Made by a program: the position numbers and the translations under genes
Shown: in pieces, positions 1 through 9,695 of the stretch
Layout of the letters: each line of letters opens with the position of its first letter
Numbering within the stretch: the stretch's first letter is position 1
Assembly (NCBI GenBank): GCA_038128265.1
Contig: JAYPJE010000058.1
Span: 1-19,052 of the forward strand
From: Gemmatimonadota bacterium
Lineage (GTDB): Bacteria > Latescibacterota > UBA2968 > UBA8231
DNA: 19,052 bases
Reading direction: 5' to 3'
The notes under the pieces: model-generated
What the model was told of the DNA's origin: nothing
The model's input: the letters and a program-made list of their open reading frames with translations, nothing else
The model's database searches: none

Positions 1-1
1 C

Positions 2-1063
2 CATCCGCGCATTACGATTGCCGGGCAGACGGCGCCGGGCGATGGGATTTGTCTGCGTCGCTATCCGCTCGTCATTTCCGCCGACGATGTCATCGTGCGC
101 TTTTTGCGCGTGCGGTTGGGCGATGAGGCCGGTAGAAAAATGGACGGTATCGACGTGTCAGATGCGGAGAACGTCATCGTCGACCACTGCTCCGTCAGCT
201 GGACCTTGGACGAGGCGGTCAACACCTACCACGGCTCAAAAAATATCACGATTCAATGGTGTTTGATCTCCGAATCGCTGCACGACTCGCCCCTGCAGGA
301 GGGACACGGCTTTGCCGCGTCGCTGGGGGGCTTCAACACGTCGTACCACCACAACCTGCTGGCCAACAACGCCGGGCGCAATCCGAGCATTGCCGGCGAG
401 GAAGACGCGCCGACGATCAACCTCGACTTTCGCAACAACGTCATCTTTAACTGGGGACACCGCACGCTGGACGGGCGGCCGCGCAGCATCAACGTCGTCA
501 ACAACTACTACAAGGCCGGCCCGGCTTCGCGCAGAGACCACATCGTGAAGATGCAAACGATTTACGACGGCTCGTTTGGCCGCTGGTATATAGACGGCAA
601 CGTGTTGGTCGACACCACCGGTGCACAGCGGCGCACCGACATTATTCGCATTGATTCAGAGGATGTGCCGGTCGCCGCGGCGCTGGTGGATGAGCCGGTC
701 GAGTTTGCGCCCGTCCAGACGGAATCGGCCGAGGACGCCTTTGAGCGTGTGTTAGATGCGGCCGGCGCCACCCTGCCGCGGCGCGATGTGCACGATGTGC
801 GCATTATCGGCGAAGTGCGCTCGGGCAAGACGACCTACGGCAACGGGATTATCAGCAGGCAGACAGACGTGGGCGGCTGGCCCGAGCTGACGTCTGCTGA
901 GCCACCGCTGGATGCAGACGGCGACGGCATGCCCGACGCGTGGGAACGGCCGTTTACCGCGGCGGGCGATCTGTCACTAGAGAGCGCACAGGATGCCGAC
1001 GGCGACGGCTATACGAACATAGAAGAATACCTAAACGGGACAGATCCAACCGCAGGCGACTAG
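2..1063 (+). CDS. Pectate lyase, polysaccharide lyase family 1 (beta-helix), 5'-truncated by the window edge
   Basis: The frame is open from base 2 (HPRITIAGQTAPGDGICLRRYPLVISADDVIVRFLRVRLGD), upstream of the GTG at 95 used by the ORF track. PL1 motifs: ITIAGQTAPGDGI, NVIVDHCSVSWTLDE, NITIQWCLISE, HHNLLANNAGRNP, DFRNNVIFNWG, NVVNNYYKAGP. C-terminal DADGDGMPDAWE...DADGDGYTNIEEYLNGTDP Ca-binding-type repeats. Confidence 0.9.
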   Translation, partial: HPRITIAGQTAPGDGICLRRYPLVISADDVIVRFLRVRLGDEAGRKMDGIDVSDAENVIVDHCSVSWTLDEAVNTYHGSKNITIQWCLISESLHDSPLQEGHGFAASLGGFNTSYHHNLLANNAGRNPSIAGEEDAPTINLDFRNNVIFNWGHRTLDGRPRSINVVNNYYKAGPASRRDHIVKMQTIYDGSFGRWYIDGNVLVDTTGAQRRTDIIRIDSEDVPVAAALVDEPVEFAPVQTESAEDAFERVLDAAGATLPRRDVHDVRIIGEVRSGKTTYGNGIISRQTDVGGWPELTSAEPPLDADGDGMPDAWERPFTAAGDLSLESAQDADGDGYTNIEEYLNGTDPTAGD

Positions 1064-1070
1064 GCTGCGC

Positions 1071-2045
1071 CTATGGATGCGCTATCGCCAGGCCTGACTG
1101 CACTTCGGATACGCGGTTCCAGCCCGTTCCTTTGAGGCCGGCGTAGAGCATGTAGTATGCGCCGTTCATAACGAACACCTGCGGGGTCAATAGGCCGCTG
1201 CTGTCCCATGCTTGCGGGTTGGAGGAGGGCGTGAAGATGGGATTGTGTGGATTGGGCTCGAATTCGACAAAGTCGCGCGTGCGCACATGTCCGATGCTCC
1301 ACACCGCGCCGTCGTAGCCTCCGTAGAACAAATCGAAATAGCCCGGTCCCCTGAGTATTTCTGCTTCACGCACGCCGTGTCGATCCCAGGCCTGGCCCGA
1401 GCCGCTAAATACCGGGTTGGCGGAATTCTTGGTAACGCGTGCAGGGTCTGAGGTCGGCGCCGTTGCATGGCAGATCGTCGGCACGTTGTAGAGGATCGCT
1501 CGTCGCTCGGTCGGCGCCGGCCGCTCGCCGGTGTAGACCATGTGGATCGTCTCGCCATCTACGGCGACCGAGGGATGCGAGCAGCCGCTCTCCTCGTGTG
1601 CGCCCGCGCGCGCAACCACCGGTTCGGTGCAGACCCTCGTCCAAGATCCCAAATCGCCATTGCTGACCAACAGGCCCGTCTGTTTACAGCGCGGCATCGT
1701 CTGATTGCCCAGATAATACATGTAGTAGCGGTTGTCTGCGGGGTTGTAGAATGGGAAGGGATATTCCACATCGCGGCTGTCAAAGCCCTCCGCCGCGGGC
1801 CCCAGGATGGGGTTGCGCGGATCGTGGCATACGGCGGTGGGATCGCGGGTCGGCGCCCAGCTGTGCATGAGCAGCCAACGGTCCTCTACCGTCCTTTGGG
1901 CCCATAGGTAGTGCACCTGCTCATCGACGACAATGGCGTGGGCGGCGGCGGCCCATGCGGGTGGTTCGACGGAGAGCAGTGGCTGGTCTGGCGTTAGCCG
2001 TTCAAAATGGGCGAACGTCGCAAACGGAACGGGATCGGTTTTCAT
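1071..2045 (-). CDS. Five-bladed beta-propeller glycoside hydrolase-like protein (GH43/GH32/GH130-type fold), no signal peptide
   Basis: Repeated blade units: NPIL..FDSRDVEYP..YYMYYLG; EPVV..CSHPSV..IHMVYTG; NPVF..WDRHGVREAEI..FDLFYGG; NPIF..WDSSGLLTPQV..YYMLYAG. ATG at 2045 is preferred because GAGTGGA lies just upstream; GTG at 2054 is the alternative start. Confidence 0.7.
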   Translation of the reverse strand: MKTDPVPFATFAHFERLTPDQPLLSVEPPAWAAAAHAIVVDEQVHYLWAQRTVEDRWLLMHSWAPTRDPTAVCHDPRNPILGPAAEGFDSRDVEYPFPFYNPADNRYYMYYLGNQTMPRCKQTGLLVSNGDLGSWTRVCTEPVVARAGAHEESGCSHPSVAVDGETIHMVYTGERPAPTERRAILYNVPTICHATAPTSDPARVTKNSANPVFSGSGQAWDRHGVREAEILRGPGYFDLFYGGYDGAVWSIGHVRTRDFVEFEPNPHNPIFTPSSNPQAWDSSGLLTPQVFVMNGAYYMLYAGLKGTGWNRVSEVQSGLAIAHP

Positions 2046-2091
2046 AGTATCCACTCAAGCATGGCAAATAGTGTAAGCGACGCGGATTACC

Positions 2092-3648
2092 CTAGCGCAG
2101 CAGGGCTATGCGTCGAGTCAGCGTCTGCGCGGAGCCCCCGTCGCTCGTGTAGCGAAAACGAATTGAATACATGCCTGAGGCTGCTTCCGCGCCGGTGCGG
2201 TCGCGGCCGTCCCAGCGCCATGCAAAAGGGCCGGCGCTTTCCACGCGCCGATTCCACGAGCGCACTCGACGTCCAAGCACGTCGTAGAGGTCGACCTGCA
2301 CGCGGCCCGGTGCCCGCACGCGGTAGCTCGTCCCGACCTGGGCGTTGAAGGGGTTGGGATATGGCAGGTCGACTTGGAAGGCCGTTGGAACGGATGCCGC
2401 ATGCGCGATCCAGGTCGGCGTGCGGCGGCCGTTGACTGCTTCGATCAGCTGCCACGGCTCGGGCTGCGTCCCCTCGTAGCCGAGCGCCCACAGGCCGAAA
2501 CCGCGCAGGCGGCTGTTGAGCGCCAAAGCGTATTTTAGGCGCAGGCTGGCCATATCGTCAAACCACACCTGTGTCCACTGCGCGCCGTCTGGGTAGCGAT
2601 ACCACGCCGTCTGCGATCTCTCGTCCCAGCGCACGCCCCATTGCTCGGCCTGCGGCATCGCGTCGCGCAGGCGGGGATAGTTGATGAATTCGTCGATGCC
2701 GGCGCCGGGCTCGCCGCTGCTCGTTTTCCACCTGCAGCCGTAGTAGGGCACGCCGAGGATCAGTTTTTCGGGGTGGTCGCGCACGACCTGGCCGTAGTCG
2801 CGCTCGTCGCTGAGCATGGACGCGACGGTGCGACCGGGGCCTTCCAGCGGCGCCGTTGCCCCAGCCGTACTACTCCAACTACCGGAGAACGCATAGCCCA
2901 TCACAAAGAGGTAGTCGCAGCTGGCGGCGATTTCGGCGAAATCCCAGCGGTTGCCCCAGTCGATGGCCGGGCTGGCAAAGCTCACCTCGCTGCCGGGTAT
3001 TTCAGCGTGTAGATAGTCCGTTAGATCGCGGAGAAACCCGCCCAGTTGGTCGGGCCAGCCGTTTTGACCAGGCCCCTCGAAGTCGACGATGACGCCGTCG
3101 GCGCTGCCGGCCTGCACGGCGTTGCGTATCTGGCGCATAAAGCGCGTGCGATGGGTCTCGCTGCTGAGCAGGGTGTGCACGTCCGCGTCGCCAAACAGCG
3201 TAGCCGTTAGCATGACGCGCACGCCGTGGCGGTGCGCCCGATCGACCAGCGCCGTCCAGGGCCAGCCGTGATGCTCGCCGATCGAACCGTCGGGATTTAT
3301 TTCGACAGAGAAGGGGGCGATATGGGTCAGCAGGTCGAAGTCGATCGACTCGTAGTAGTCGGCGCTGATCCAATAGGGCAAAAAGCCGAATACGGTTGGG
3401 CGCGTTTGGGCGGTGCGCGCGGCGCGTAGCTGGAGCGCCTGCGGCTGCCCACCCGATCCGACCAGCGCCGGTTGGGTGGGCTGGTCGCGGTGGTGCAGCA
3501 AGGCCTGGCGATGGGCGCTGAGCGGCGCAGAATCGGCGACAGCTCGGTCTACAGCGATGATCTGCGGAAGCAGCGCAAACAGGGGAACAAGGACGACAGC
3601 GCGTTGCAAACGCCGTATGATGTGCATAGAAACGAGCATGTTGACCAT
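2092..3648 (-). CDS. Secreted glycoside hydrolase family 18 protein (chitinase/chitobiase-like) with C-terminal FlgD-Ig/T9SS-type sorting-like domain
   Basis: N-terminal basic plus hydrophobic signal-like segment. GH18 features: VFGFLPYW, LLTHIAPF, ADGVIVDFEG, DYLFVMGY, PEKLILGVPYYG, QVWFDD..SLRLKY, LRGFGLWALGYE. Tail: PYPNPFN...DLYDVLGRRVR...WDGRDRTG..ASGMYSIR...RRIALLR. Start could also be 3639 or 3627. Confidence 0.88.
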   Translation of the reverse strand: MVNMLVSMHIIRRLQRAVVLVPLFALLPQIIAVDRAVADSAPLSAHRQALLHHRDQPTQPALVGSGGQPQALQLRAARTAQTRPTVFGFLPYWISADYYESIDFDLLTHIAPFSVEINPDGSIGEHHGWPWTALVDRAHRHGVRVMLTATLFGDADVHTLLSSETHRTRFMRQIRNAVQAGSADGVIVDFEGPGQNGWPDQLGGFLRDLTDYLHAEIPGSEVSFASPAIDWGNRWDFAEIAASCDYLFVMGYAFSGSWSSTAGATAPLEGPGRTVASMLSDERDYGQVVRDHPEKLILGVPYYGCRWKTSSGEPGAGIDEFINYPRLRDAMPQAEQWGVRWDERSQTAWYRYPDGAQWTQVWFDDMASLRLKYALALNSRLRGFGLWALGYEGTQPEPWQLIEAVNGRRTPTWIAHAASVPTAFQVDLPYPNPFNAQVGTSYRVRAPGRVQVDLYDVLGRRVRSWNRRVESAGPFAWRWDGRDRTGAEAASGMYSIRFRYTSDGGSAQTLTRRIALLR

Positions 3649-3680
3649 TGCGTAAGAAAGAGCATGCGCTCTATGAGGCC

Positions 3681-3709
3681 ATTATACGGGACGCGTAGCA
3701 GGGGGGCAA
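3681..3709 (-). promoter_or_regulatory. Sigma70-type promoter for the GH18 gene
   Basis: Minus strand reads TTGCCC (3709-3704), a 17-nt spacer, then TATAAT (3686-3681), about 30 nt upstream of the GH18 ATG. Confidence 0.65.
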
Positions 3710-3806
3710 GCCCGCTGCCACCCGGTCCGCTTTACATCGGATGCGATTTGATTACTGTAGGTTTACACCTGCGTATGTTTCCCTTTAGGCATAGAGGAGC
3801 CATTGG

Positions 3807-4841
3807 ATGGTTGAATTGGTGTTCTTCGTGAGCTTTGCCGTCTTCTTCTCTTTTTTGTGCTCGCTGTTTGAGGCGGCTCTGTATTCGGTGCCGATCGCTC
3901 ATATTGAGCTGCTGGACAAATCGGGCAGCGCTTCGGGGCGGCTGATGAAAAAATTTAGAGAAAATATAGATGCGCCGATCGCGGGCATTCTATCGCTCAA
4001 TACCATTGCGCATACGGTCGGTGCGGCCCTTGCCGGTGCCGCCGCCGCACAGGTGTTGGGCGATCGGTGGTTGCCGTACTTTTCGGCGGTGTTTACCCTC
4101 GTCATCCTAATGTTTTCGGAAATTATTCCAAAGACGATGGGCGTGGTTTATGCTCGCCAGCTCGTATCTTGGGTTGCCTATCCCATCCAGCTTCTAGTTT
4201 GGACGCAGGCGCCGCTCATATGGCTGTGCAAATTTGTAACGGGGCTTATCTCGCGTGGAAAGGTCGAGCACGTCGTCTCTTCGGAGGAGCTTGTGGCGCT
4301 AGTGCACATGGGGCGCCGGGCGGGCACTATTGAAGTAGAAGAAGGCCATGCCATTGAGAATATTCTCTCCCTAAAGGAAAAGCCCGTTCAGCAGGTTATG
4401 ACGCCGCGCACCGTTATGTATTCGCTTCAGGCACAGCAGAACGTAGCCGAGGTGCTGGAGGCGGGCGTGCCGTCGTACGCGCGCATTCCCATCGTCGACG
4501 GCGAAGACGCAGAGGAGGTGGTCGGCATCGTTCACCGCCGAGATATCCTCTCCGCGCTGGCCGAGGGACGCCAAGAGGCGACCATGCAGAACCTGGCGCG
4601 CTCCGCGCACTTCGTGCCGGCCACGCTGACGCTGGACCGCGTGCTGCGCCGATTTCTCGAGGCTCAGCAGCACCTCTTTATCGTAATCGACGAGTACGGC
4701 GGACTGGATGGTGTAGTGACTTTGGAAGACGTGTTGGAGGAGCTGCTCGGACGCGAAATTGTCGATGAGACGGATACGGTGGTCGACTTGCGTGCGCTGG
4801 CGCGTCGCCGTCGGCGCGAGGCTATGGGAGACGTCGAGTAG
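3807..4841 (+). CDS. CNNM (DUF21) transmembrane plus tandem CBS domain protein (CorB/hemolysin-family, putative Mg2+/Co2+ transport-associated)
   Basis: SFLCSLFEAALYS, ILSLNTIAHTVGA, LMFSEIIPKTMG, VMTPR, YARIPI, FIVIDEYGGLDGVVTLEDVLEELLGREIVDETD. RBS AGAGGAG upstream. Confidence 0.92.
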   Translation: MVELVFFVSFAVFFSFLCSLFEAALYSVPIAHIELLDKSGSASGRLMKKFRENIDAPIAGILSLNTIAHTVGAALAGAAAAQVLGDRWLPYFSAVFTLVILMFSEIIPKTMGVVYARQLVSWVAYPIQLLVWTQAPLIWLCKFVTGLISRGKVEHVVSSEELVALVHMGRRAGTIEVEEGHAIENILSLKEKPVQQVMTPRTVMYSLQAQQNVAEVLEAGVPSYARIPIVDGEDAEEVVGIVHRRDILSALAEGRQEATMQNLARSAHFVPATLTLDRVLRRFLEAQQHLFIVIDEYGGLDGVVTLEDVLEELLGREIVDETDTVVDLRALARRRRREAMGDVE

Positions 4842-4884
4842 GTGTATGTAGAAACTCTATTAACCAAGGAGCAGCAGATCAACA

Positions 4885-6111
4885 ATGGGTCAGGTTGAAT
4901 TCCGACAGGCGCTATCGTCCGACGCGGAGGCGATACTCGAGGTGATGTCGCAGGCCTTTGACCGGCCACTCGGCTCGGAGCGCTACGAGCGCGATCGGGA
5001 AACGCTTGCACGCAATATTGGTGCACATTGGGTGCTTTTACGGGCGGGAGAGATCGTCGGGGCGCTGCACATTTTTCGCGAAGAAATGCAGGTGGGCAGG
5101 GCTGTTATAGGCAAAGCCGATATTGGTGAGGTCTGCATTGCGCCGCGCTGTCAGAGCGAAGGGCTCGGAACGGTGCTGATGCAGAGAGCGGTTGCGCAGC
5201 TAAAAGCCGACGGCCACTACCTGTCGCGGCTGGGGGGCTACCGACCGTTTTACGAACGCTTTGGCTGGGTGCCGTTTCCGCGCGGGTCGATCGACTTCGC
5301 GCTGCAGGGACTCACGTCGCGGGGTGGATTTACCGATCCGGTGCGCTTTTTGAATCGGCCGCAGGAGGCGGCGCAGATTCGAACCTATGACGGACGTCGA
5401 GATGCGGATGCGTGCACTGCGCTGTGGGCGGCTTTTAATGGAGGGCGTACGGGATCTGCGCCGACGCGTTCATTTGGCACAGGCAGCGACAATCCGTGGC
5501 GGGTGGTATACGAAGAAGGCGGTGTAGTGCGCGCCTACGTTTTCGCATCGCACCAGGCACCGCCCTACACGCGGCTATCGCCGGCTGTGTCAATTTCCGA
5601 TGCGGCGTGCGATCTCGACGATGCGCAGCCGCTCGAAGCCGTGCTGCGATACGTTCTGCGCCAGGCGGCCCTCGTCGGCGCAGAAGCCGTGCGGGCGCGG
5701 CTGCCGTTAGACCCGGCGCTCTACGATCTATACCGAGATGCCAGCTGCGGGTTTGTGCCGTCGCTTTGGCAGTCGTCGGAGGGTGGAAATATGCTGCAGG
5801 TGCTGAGTCTGCGCGGACTACTGGAGGCGATTAGAGGCGAGCTAGAAGAGCGCTTGCAAACGGCTCGGTGCGCGCCGGGCGCGGTCGACCTATGCGTGCG
5901 CGAAGAGTCGGTTTGCTTGGACTGGGATGGAGCGGACCTGGCCTTGGTTGCGGGCGATGGGAACGGCGTGCAGGTCGGCCAGGATGGCTTGATGAAAATC
6001 GTGCTGGGATTGGCGCCGGTGGAGCAGGCCGTGCGCGCGGACAGCCCAGAGATCGCCATGCTGAGGGCAGCGTTTCCAGTGCAGGGCACGGCGACGGGGA
6101 TCTGGGGTTGA
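4885..6111 (+). CDS. GNAT family N-acetyltransferase, Eis-like (tandem GNAT plus SCP2-like C-terminus)
   Basis: IGEVCIAPRCQSEGLGTVLM (acetyl-CoA motif A) and FYERFGW. A 408-aa length with a second GNAT-like region and a beta-rich C-terminus fits the Eis architecture. AAGGAG upstream. Confidence 0.75.
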   Translation: MGQVEFRQALSSDAEAILEVMSQAFDRPLGSERYERDRETLARNIGAHWVLLRAGEIVGALHIFREEMQVGRAVIGKADIGEVCIAPRCQSEGLGTVLMQRAVAQLKADGHYLSRLGGYRPFYERFGWVPFPRGSIDFALQGLTSRGGFTDPVRFLNRPQEAAQIRTYDGRRDADACTALWAAFNGGRTGSAPTRSFGTGSDNPWRVVYEEGGVVRAYVFASHQAPPYTRLSPAVSISDAACDLDDAQPLEAVLRYVLRQAALVGAEAVRARLPLDPALYDLYRDASCGFVPSLWQSSEGGNMLQVLSLRGLLEAIRGELEERLQTARCAPGAVDLCVREESVCLDWDGADLALVAGDGNGVQVGQDGLMKIVLGLAPVEQAVRADSPEIAMLRAAFPVQGTATGIWG

Positions 6112-6231
6112 TGGAGCGACGACTGGATGGTCGGCAGCGGGTTTTCCATACTATAGGTTGATGATATGCGCGGTTGCAGAGCGTGCCGCGCTGCTATGAA
6201 TACGCTTCCCACGCTAAAAAGAGAGGGAATC

Positions 6232-8910
6232 ATGCATCTAATGGTCTTATGGCTGCTGCTGGCGGCTATGATAGGGACGCAAGGGGCCCGTGCGGCCGAA
6301 GAGGGGGGAGCGGCTCAGGCCGATAGCGCGGCGGTAGAGGAACGGGGAGAGGCGGAAGAAGAGGAAGAAGAAGACAAAGGGCCGACGTTTAAGGAACTCG
6401 TTAAAAAATACGAGAAGATAGAGGGCCTGTTTACGCTTTACCGCAATAGGGAAGACAATGCGGTGTACATCGCGATCCGACCCGAGCAGTTCGACAAAGT
6501 GCATCTCTGCAACATCACGCGGACGCAGGGCGACGGCTACTTTTTCGACTCGGCCTCACTGATTTCTCTGGGTCGCGGCTGGGGCACCTTTCCCTTTGTC
6601 TTTGAGCGCGTTGGTAAAAAGGTGTTTTTCAAACACGAGAATGTGTACTATCGCGCCGAGTCCGATGCCGCCGTGCACCGCGCCGTCGAACGGCTGTCCG
6701 ACTCGATCATGGGCGTGGGCACAGTTGAAGGTCAGCCCCACCCAGAGACCGGTGCGGTGCTAGTGGACGCCAGCAGTTTCTTCCTGCAGGATATTGCGCT
6801 TATCGGCTTTATACTGGGTGAGTTTGTCGACGGTGCGTCTTATGGCTTTGACGGAGAGAACAGCTACTTTGGCGAGCTGGCGAATTTTCCGCAGAATACC
6901 GAGATACCGGTCGTGCTGCACTTTTCTACGGGTGCGCCCAAAATGGACGTGCCCACTATGCCGGACAATCGCAGCTTCCAACACACCTATCACTACAGCC
7001 TGAGCAGGTTGCCCGATAGCGACTTCGAGCCGCGCGTGGCCGACGATAGGGTGGGGCACTTTCTGACGATGTATCAGGATTATACATCGGTGCTCAAAGA
7101 CGACCCGTATACGCGCTACGTCATCCGCTGGCATCTGGAAAAGGCCGAGCCCAAGTTTAAGCTATCTCCTCCCAAAGAGCCCATCGTCTACTGGTTGGAA
7201 AATACCGTACCGGTGGAATACCGCGCCGCCGTTACGGAGGGCATCCTGCTGTGGAACAAGGCGTTTGAGCGCATCGGCATAAAGGATGCCATCGTCGTTA
7301 AGCAGCAGCCCGACGATGCGGATTGGAATGCGGGGGACGTGCGCTATAGCACCGTGCGCTGGATGGTACAGCCCGGACAGGCGTATGCGGTGGGTCCATC
7401 GCGGGCCAATCCCTATACCGGAGAGATCTTTGATGCCGATATTCGCATCAGCGCCGACTTCATCCGCTATGTCCACTTAGAGTTCACTGAATTTGCCGAT
7501 CCAGTAGGCCGGTCGCAGCGAGCCATTGGCGATTCGATCTCCGCGGCGCTGGGCCTGACCGGCAATCCGGCGCTGGGGTATTGCGATATGGCCGACGGGC
7601 TGGCACAGCAGGCGGCGTTTGGCTGGAATGTGCTGGCGGCTCGCTCGGCCAGCGGCGGTTCGGTGGACGAGGAAGAGTATATACGCCAGCTGATTGTCGA
7701 ATTGGTTGCGCACGAGGTGGGGCATACGCTGGGGCTGCGCCACAACTTCAAGGCGAGCACGATCCACAGTATAGAAGAACTGCACGACGAGAGCGTTTCG
7801 CGCACCGAGGGGCTTTCCAGTTCGGTCATGGACTACAATCCGGTCAATATCGCGCCTGAAGGCATGCAGCAGGGAGCGTATTATCAGACGGCACTGGGGC
7901 CGTACGACTATTGGGCGATCGAATATGCCTACCGGACGTTTGACGGCGAGAGCGAAACGAGCGAGGTAGCGGCGCTCAAAAAGATTGCGCGCAAGGGAAC
8001 GTCCCCGGACCTGCCGTACGGCACCGACGAAGACGCCTTCTGGTGGACGCAGGGCATTGATCCATCGGCGGCGCGCTGGGATATGGGAGACGATCCGTTC
8101 GCCTACTACAGCAATCGCCTGAATTTGTCGCGCGAACTGTGGCGCAATCTGGAGGATACATTCGAGAAAAAGGGGGCGCGATACCAGAAGCTGCGTCGGG
8201 TGTTCAACTGGGGATTTAGCCCCTATTGGCGAGACTCGCATAATCTCGCAAAGCATATAGGGGGTATTTACCATCACCGAGATCACGTCGGCGATCCAGA
8301 CGGCCGCGTGCCGATGGTGCCCGTGCCGGCTGACCAGCAGCGGCGTGCGTTGGCGCTGCTAGTGGAGCACGTATTCAGCGCCGATGCCTTTGCCTGGGAT
8401 GCCGAGTTGCTGAACAAGCTGGCGCCCGAGCGCTGGTGGGACTTCACCGGTTCGGTTTGGCGCACACAGCGCATCGATATGCCGATCCACAACACGGTGC
8501 TGGGTATTCAGCGCGACGTGCTAAACCGTCTGTATGATGGGCTGCTGCTGGCGCGGCTGCAGGATCTCGAACTGCGCACCGCGGCCGACGAGGTGTTCAC
8601 TATGGACGAACTCTTTGTCGGTCTGCGCCAGGCCATTTGGTCGGAGCTGAATGAAGGCGCGTCGGTCAATAGCTTCCGCCGCAACCTGCAGCGGGTGCAC
8701 CTACGCATATTGACCGACCTGGTGCTCCGCGCTGGATCGGCGCCAGAAGATGCGCGCACGCTAGCGCGTGCGGATTTGAAAAAGTTGAACGAGCGCATTG
8801 AAAGTGCGCTGGGTCGGGGGACTATGGACGCCTATACGCAGGCCCACTTGGATGAGACACAGGCGCGGATCGAGGCGGCGTTAGAAGCGGGACTAATGCG
8901 AAGCCTGTAG
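6232..8910 (+). CDS. Secreted zinc-dependent metzincin metalloprotease (DUF5117/DUF4953, EcxA-like)
   Basis: HEVGHTLGLRH zinc motif and SVMDY Met-turn. Family motifs PRVADDRVGHF, KEPIVYW, WNKAFERIG, ANPYTGEIFDADI, LGPYDYWAIEYAY. Signal peptide MHLMVLWLLLAAMIGTQGARA follows RBS AGAGGGA, so the start is 6232 rather than 6166. Confidence 0.92.
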   Translation: MHLMVLWLLLAAMIGTQGARAAEEGGAAQADSAAVEERGEAEEEEEEDKGPTFKELVKKYEKIEGLFTLYRNREDNAVYIAIRPEQFDKVHLCNITRTQGDGYFFDSASLISLGRGWGTFPFVFERVGKKVFFKHENVYYRAESDAAVHRAVERLSDSIMGVGTVEGQPHPETGAVLVDASSFFLQDIALIGFILGEFVDGASYGFDGENSYFGELANFPQNTEIPVVLHFSTGAPKMDVPTMPDNRSFQHTYHYSLSRLPDSDFEPRVADDRVGHFLTMYQDYTSVLKDDPYTRYVIRWHLEKAEPKFKLSPPKEPIVYWLENTVPVEYRAAVTEGILLWNKAFERIGIKDAIVVKQQPDDADWNAGDVRYSTVRWMVQPGQAYAVGPSRANPYTGEIFDADIRISADFIRYVHLEFTEFADPVGRSQRAIGDSISAALGLTGNPALGYCDMADGLAQQAAFGWNVLAARSASGGSVDEEEYIRQLIVELVAHEVGHTLGLRHNFKASTIHSIEELHDESVSRTEGLSSSVMDYNPVNIAPEGMQQGAYYQTALGPYDYWAIEYAYRTFDGESETSEVAALKKIARKGTSPDLPYGTDEDAFWWTQGIDPSAARWDMGDDPFAYYSNRLNLSRELWRNLEDTFEKKGARYQKLRRVFNWGFSPYWRDSHNLAKHIGGIYHHRDHVGDPDGRVPMVPVPADQQRRALALLVEHVFSADAFAWDAELLNKLAPERWWDFTGSVWRTQRIDMPIHNTVLGIQRDVLNRLYDGLLLARLQDLELRTAADEVFTMDELFVGLRQAIWSELNEGASVNSFRRNLQRVHLRILTDLVLRAGSAPEDARTLARADLKKLNERIESALGRGTMDAYTQAHLDETQARIEAALEAGLMRSL

Positions 8911-9035
8911 CACACCGCATCACAACAGTAGCAACCGACAGTTAGCGGAGGACGGAAACGGGCAATGGGTGCTGAGCGGGTGCGGCCTGCTCGCATCAGT
9001 CGCGCTTTCCATATACGTCAAGCAAGTAGGGCGCG

Positions 9036-9695
9036 ATGAACAGTCAGTGCGTATGGGGCCTCATTCTGTTAGCCGGTCCATTTTACTTGAACGATTTCTC
9101 AAGTATATATGTCGAGGACTGGCGCTGGTGGCTGCTTATAGACTATGTCGGTGTAAAGCTACTTCCCTTCGCAGGAGTGCTCTGGCTGCTTCTCAGTAAG
9201 AAAATGCGACCTGCGGAATTTGGTCTGACGACGCAGGCTCTGCCGCTGTTTTTGGTGACGTTTTTATCCGTTGCGCTCGTTGGTACAGTAATCGATCAAA
9301 ATGGATATGTGCTGATAGAAAACCTGCCCGGCTATGCTGCCTTAGGTGGTATGCCGGCGATTGCCAATCCAACCTGGGACTGGATAGACCTCACGTTTGG
9401 CCTGCTCATGGTTGGGATATGTGAAGAGTTGGTTTTCCGCGGTTATATGCACGCACTGCTCAGCAGATATCTTCAGCGTCCGGTTCTCATAGTGGCTATT
9501 TCTTCTGTCGCGTTTGGGTTAATCCACTGGAGCCTCGGCCTACACGCCGTGCTGGTCACATCCATCATCGGCGCCGTATTTATGACAGCCTACCAATTAA
9601 CGCGCGCGCTCCCTGCCATTATGCTGGCTCATTTTATGATCAACTTTATCGATTTTGCCAACGTCATACCCAAATCGACATTTCGTTTCTTTTAG
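9036..9695 (+). CDS. CPBP (Abi/CAAX type II) intramembrane glutamic endopeptidase
   Basis: Multi-TM protein with CEELVFRG, FGLIHW and AIMLAHFMINF motifs. Confidence 0.88.
   Translation: MNSQCVWGLILLAGPFYLNDFSSIYVEDWRWWLLIDYVGVKLLPFAGVLWLLLSKKMRPAEFGLTTQALPLFLVTFLSVALVGTVIDQNGYVLIENLPGYAALGGMPAIANPTWDWIDLTFGLLMVGICEELVFRGYMHALLSRYLQRPVLIVAISSVAFGLIHWSLGLHAVLVTSIIGAVFMTAYQLTRALPAIMLAHFMINFIDFANVIPKSTFRFF

Noticed and set aside
907..1060. DADGDG repeats at the end of the pectate lyase as a novelty
   Set aside because: This is a common C-terminal feature of this PL1 subgroup.
6298..6375. Poly-Glu tract in the metalloprotease
   Set aside because: An ordinary low-complexity linker after the signal peptide.
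7477..8286. 269-aa antisense ORF
   Set aside because: Lies wholly opposite the well-supported metalloprotease and has no motifs; typical high-GC shadow ORF.
8911..9035. Imperfect hairpin (GAGCGGG..CCTGCTC) as a terminator or riboswitch
   Set aside because: The stem is weak, there is no adjacent U-tract, and it matches no RNA motif I recognise.
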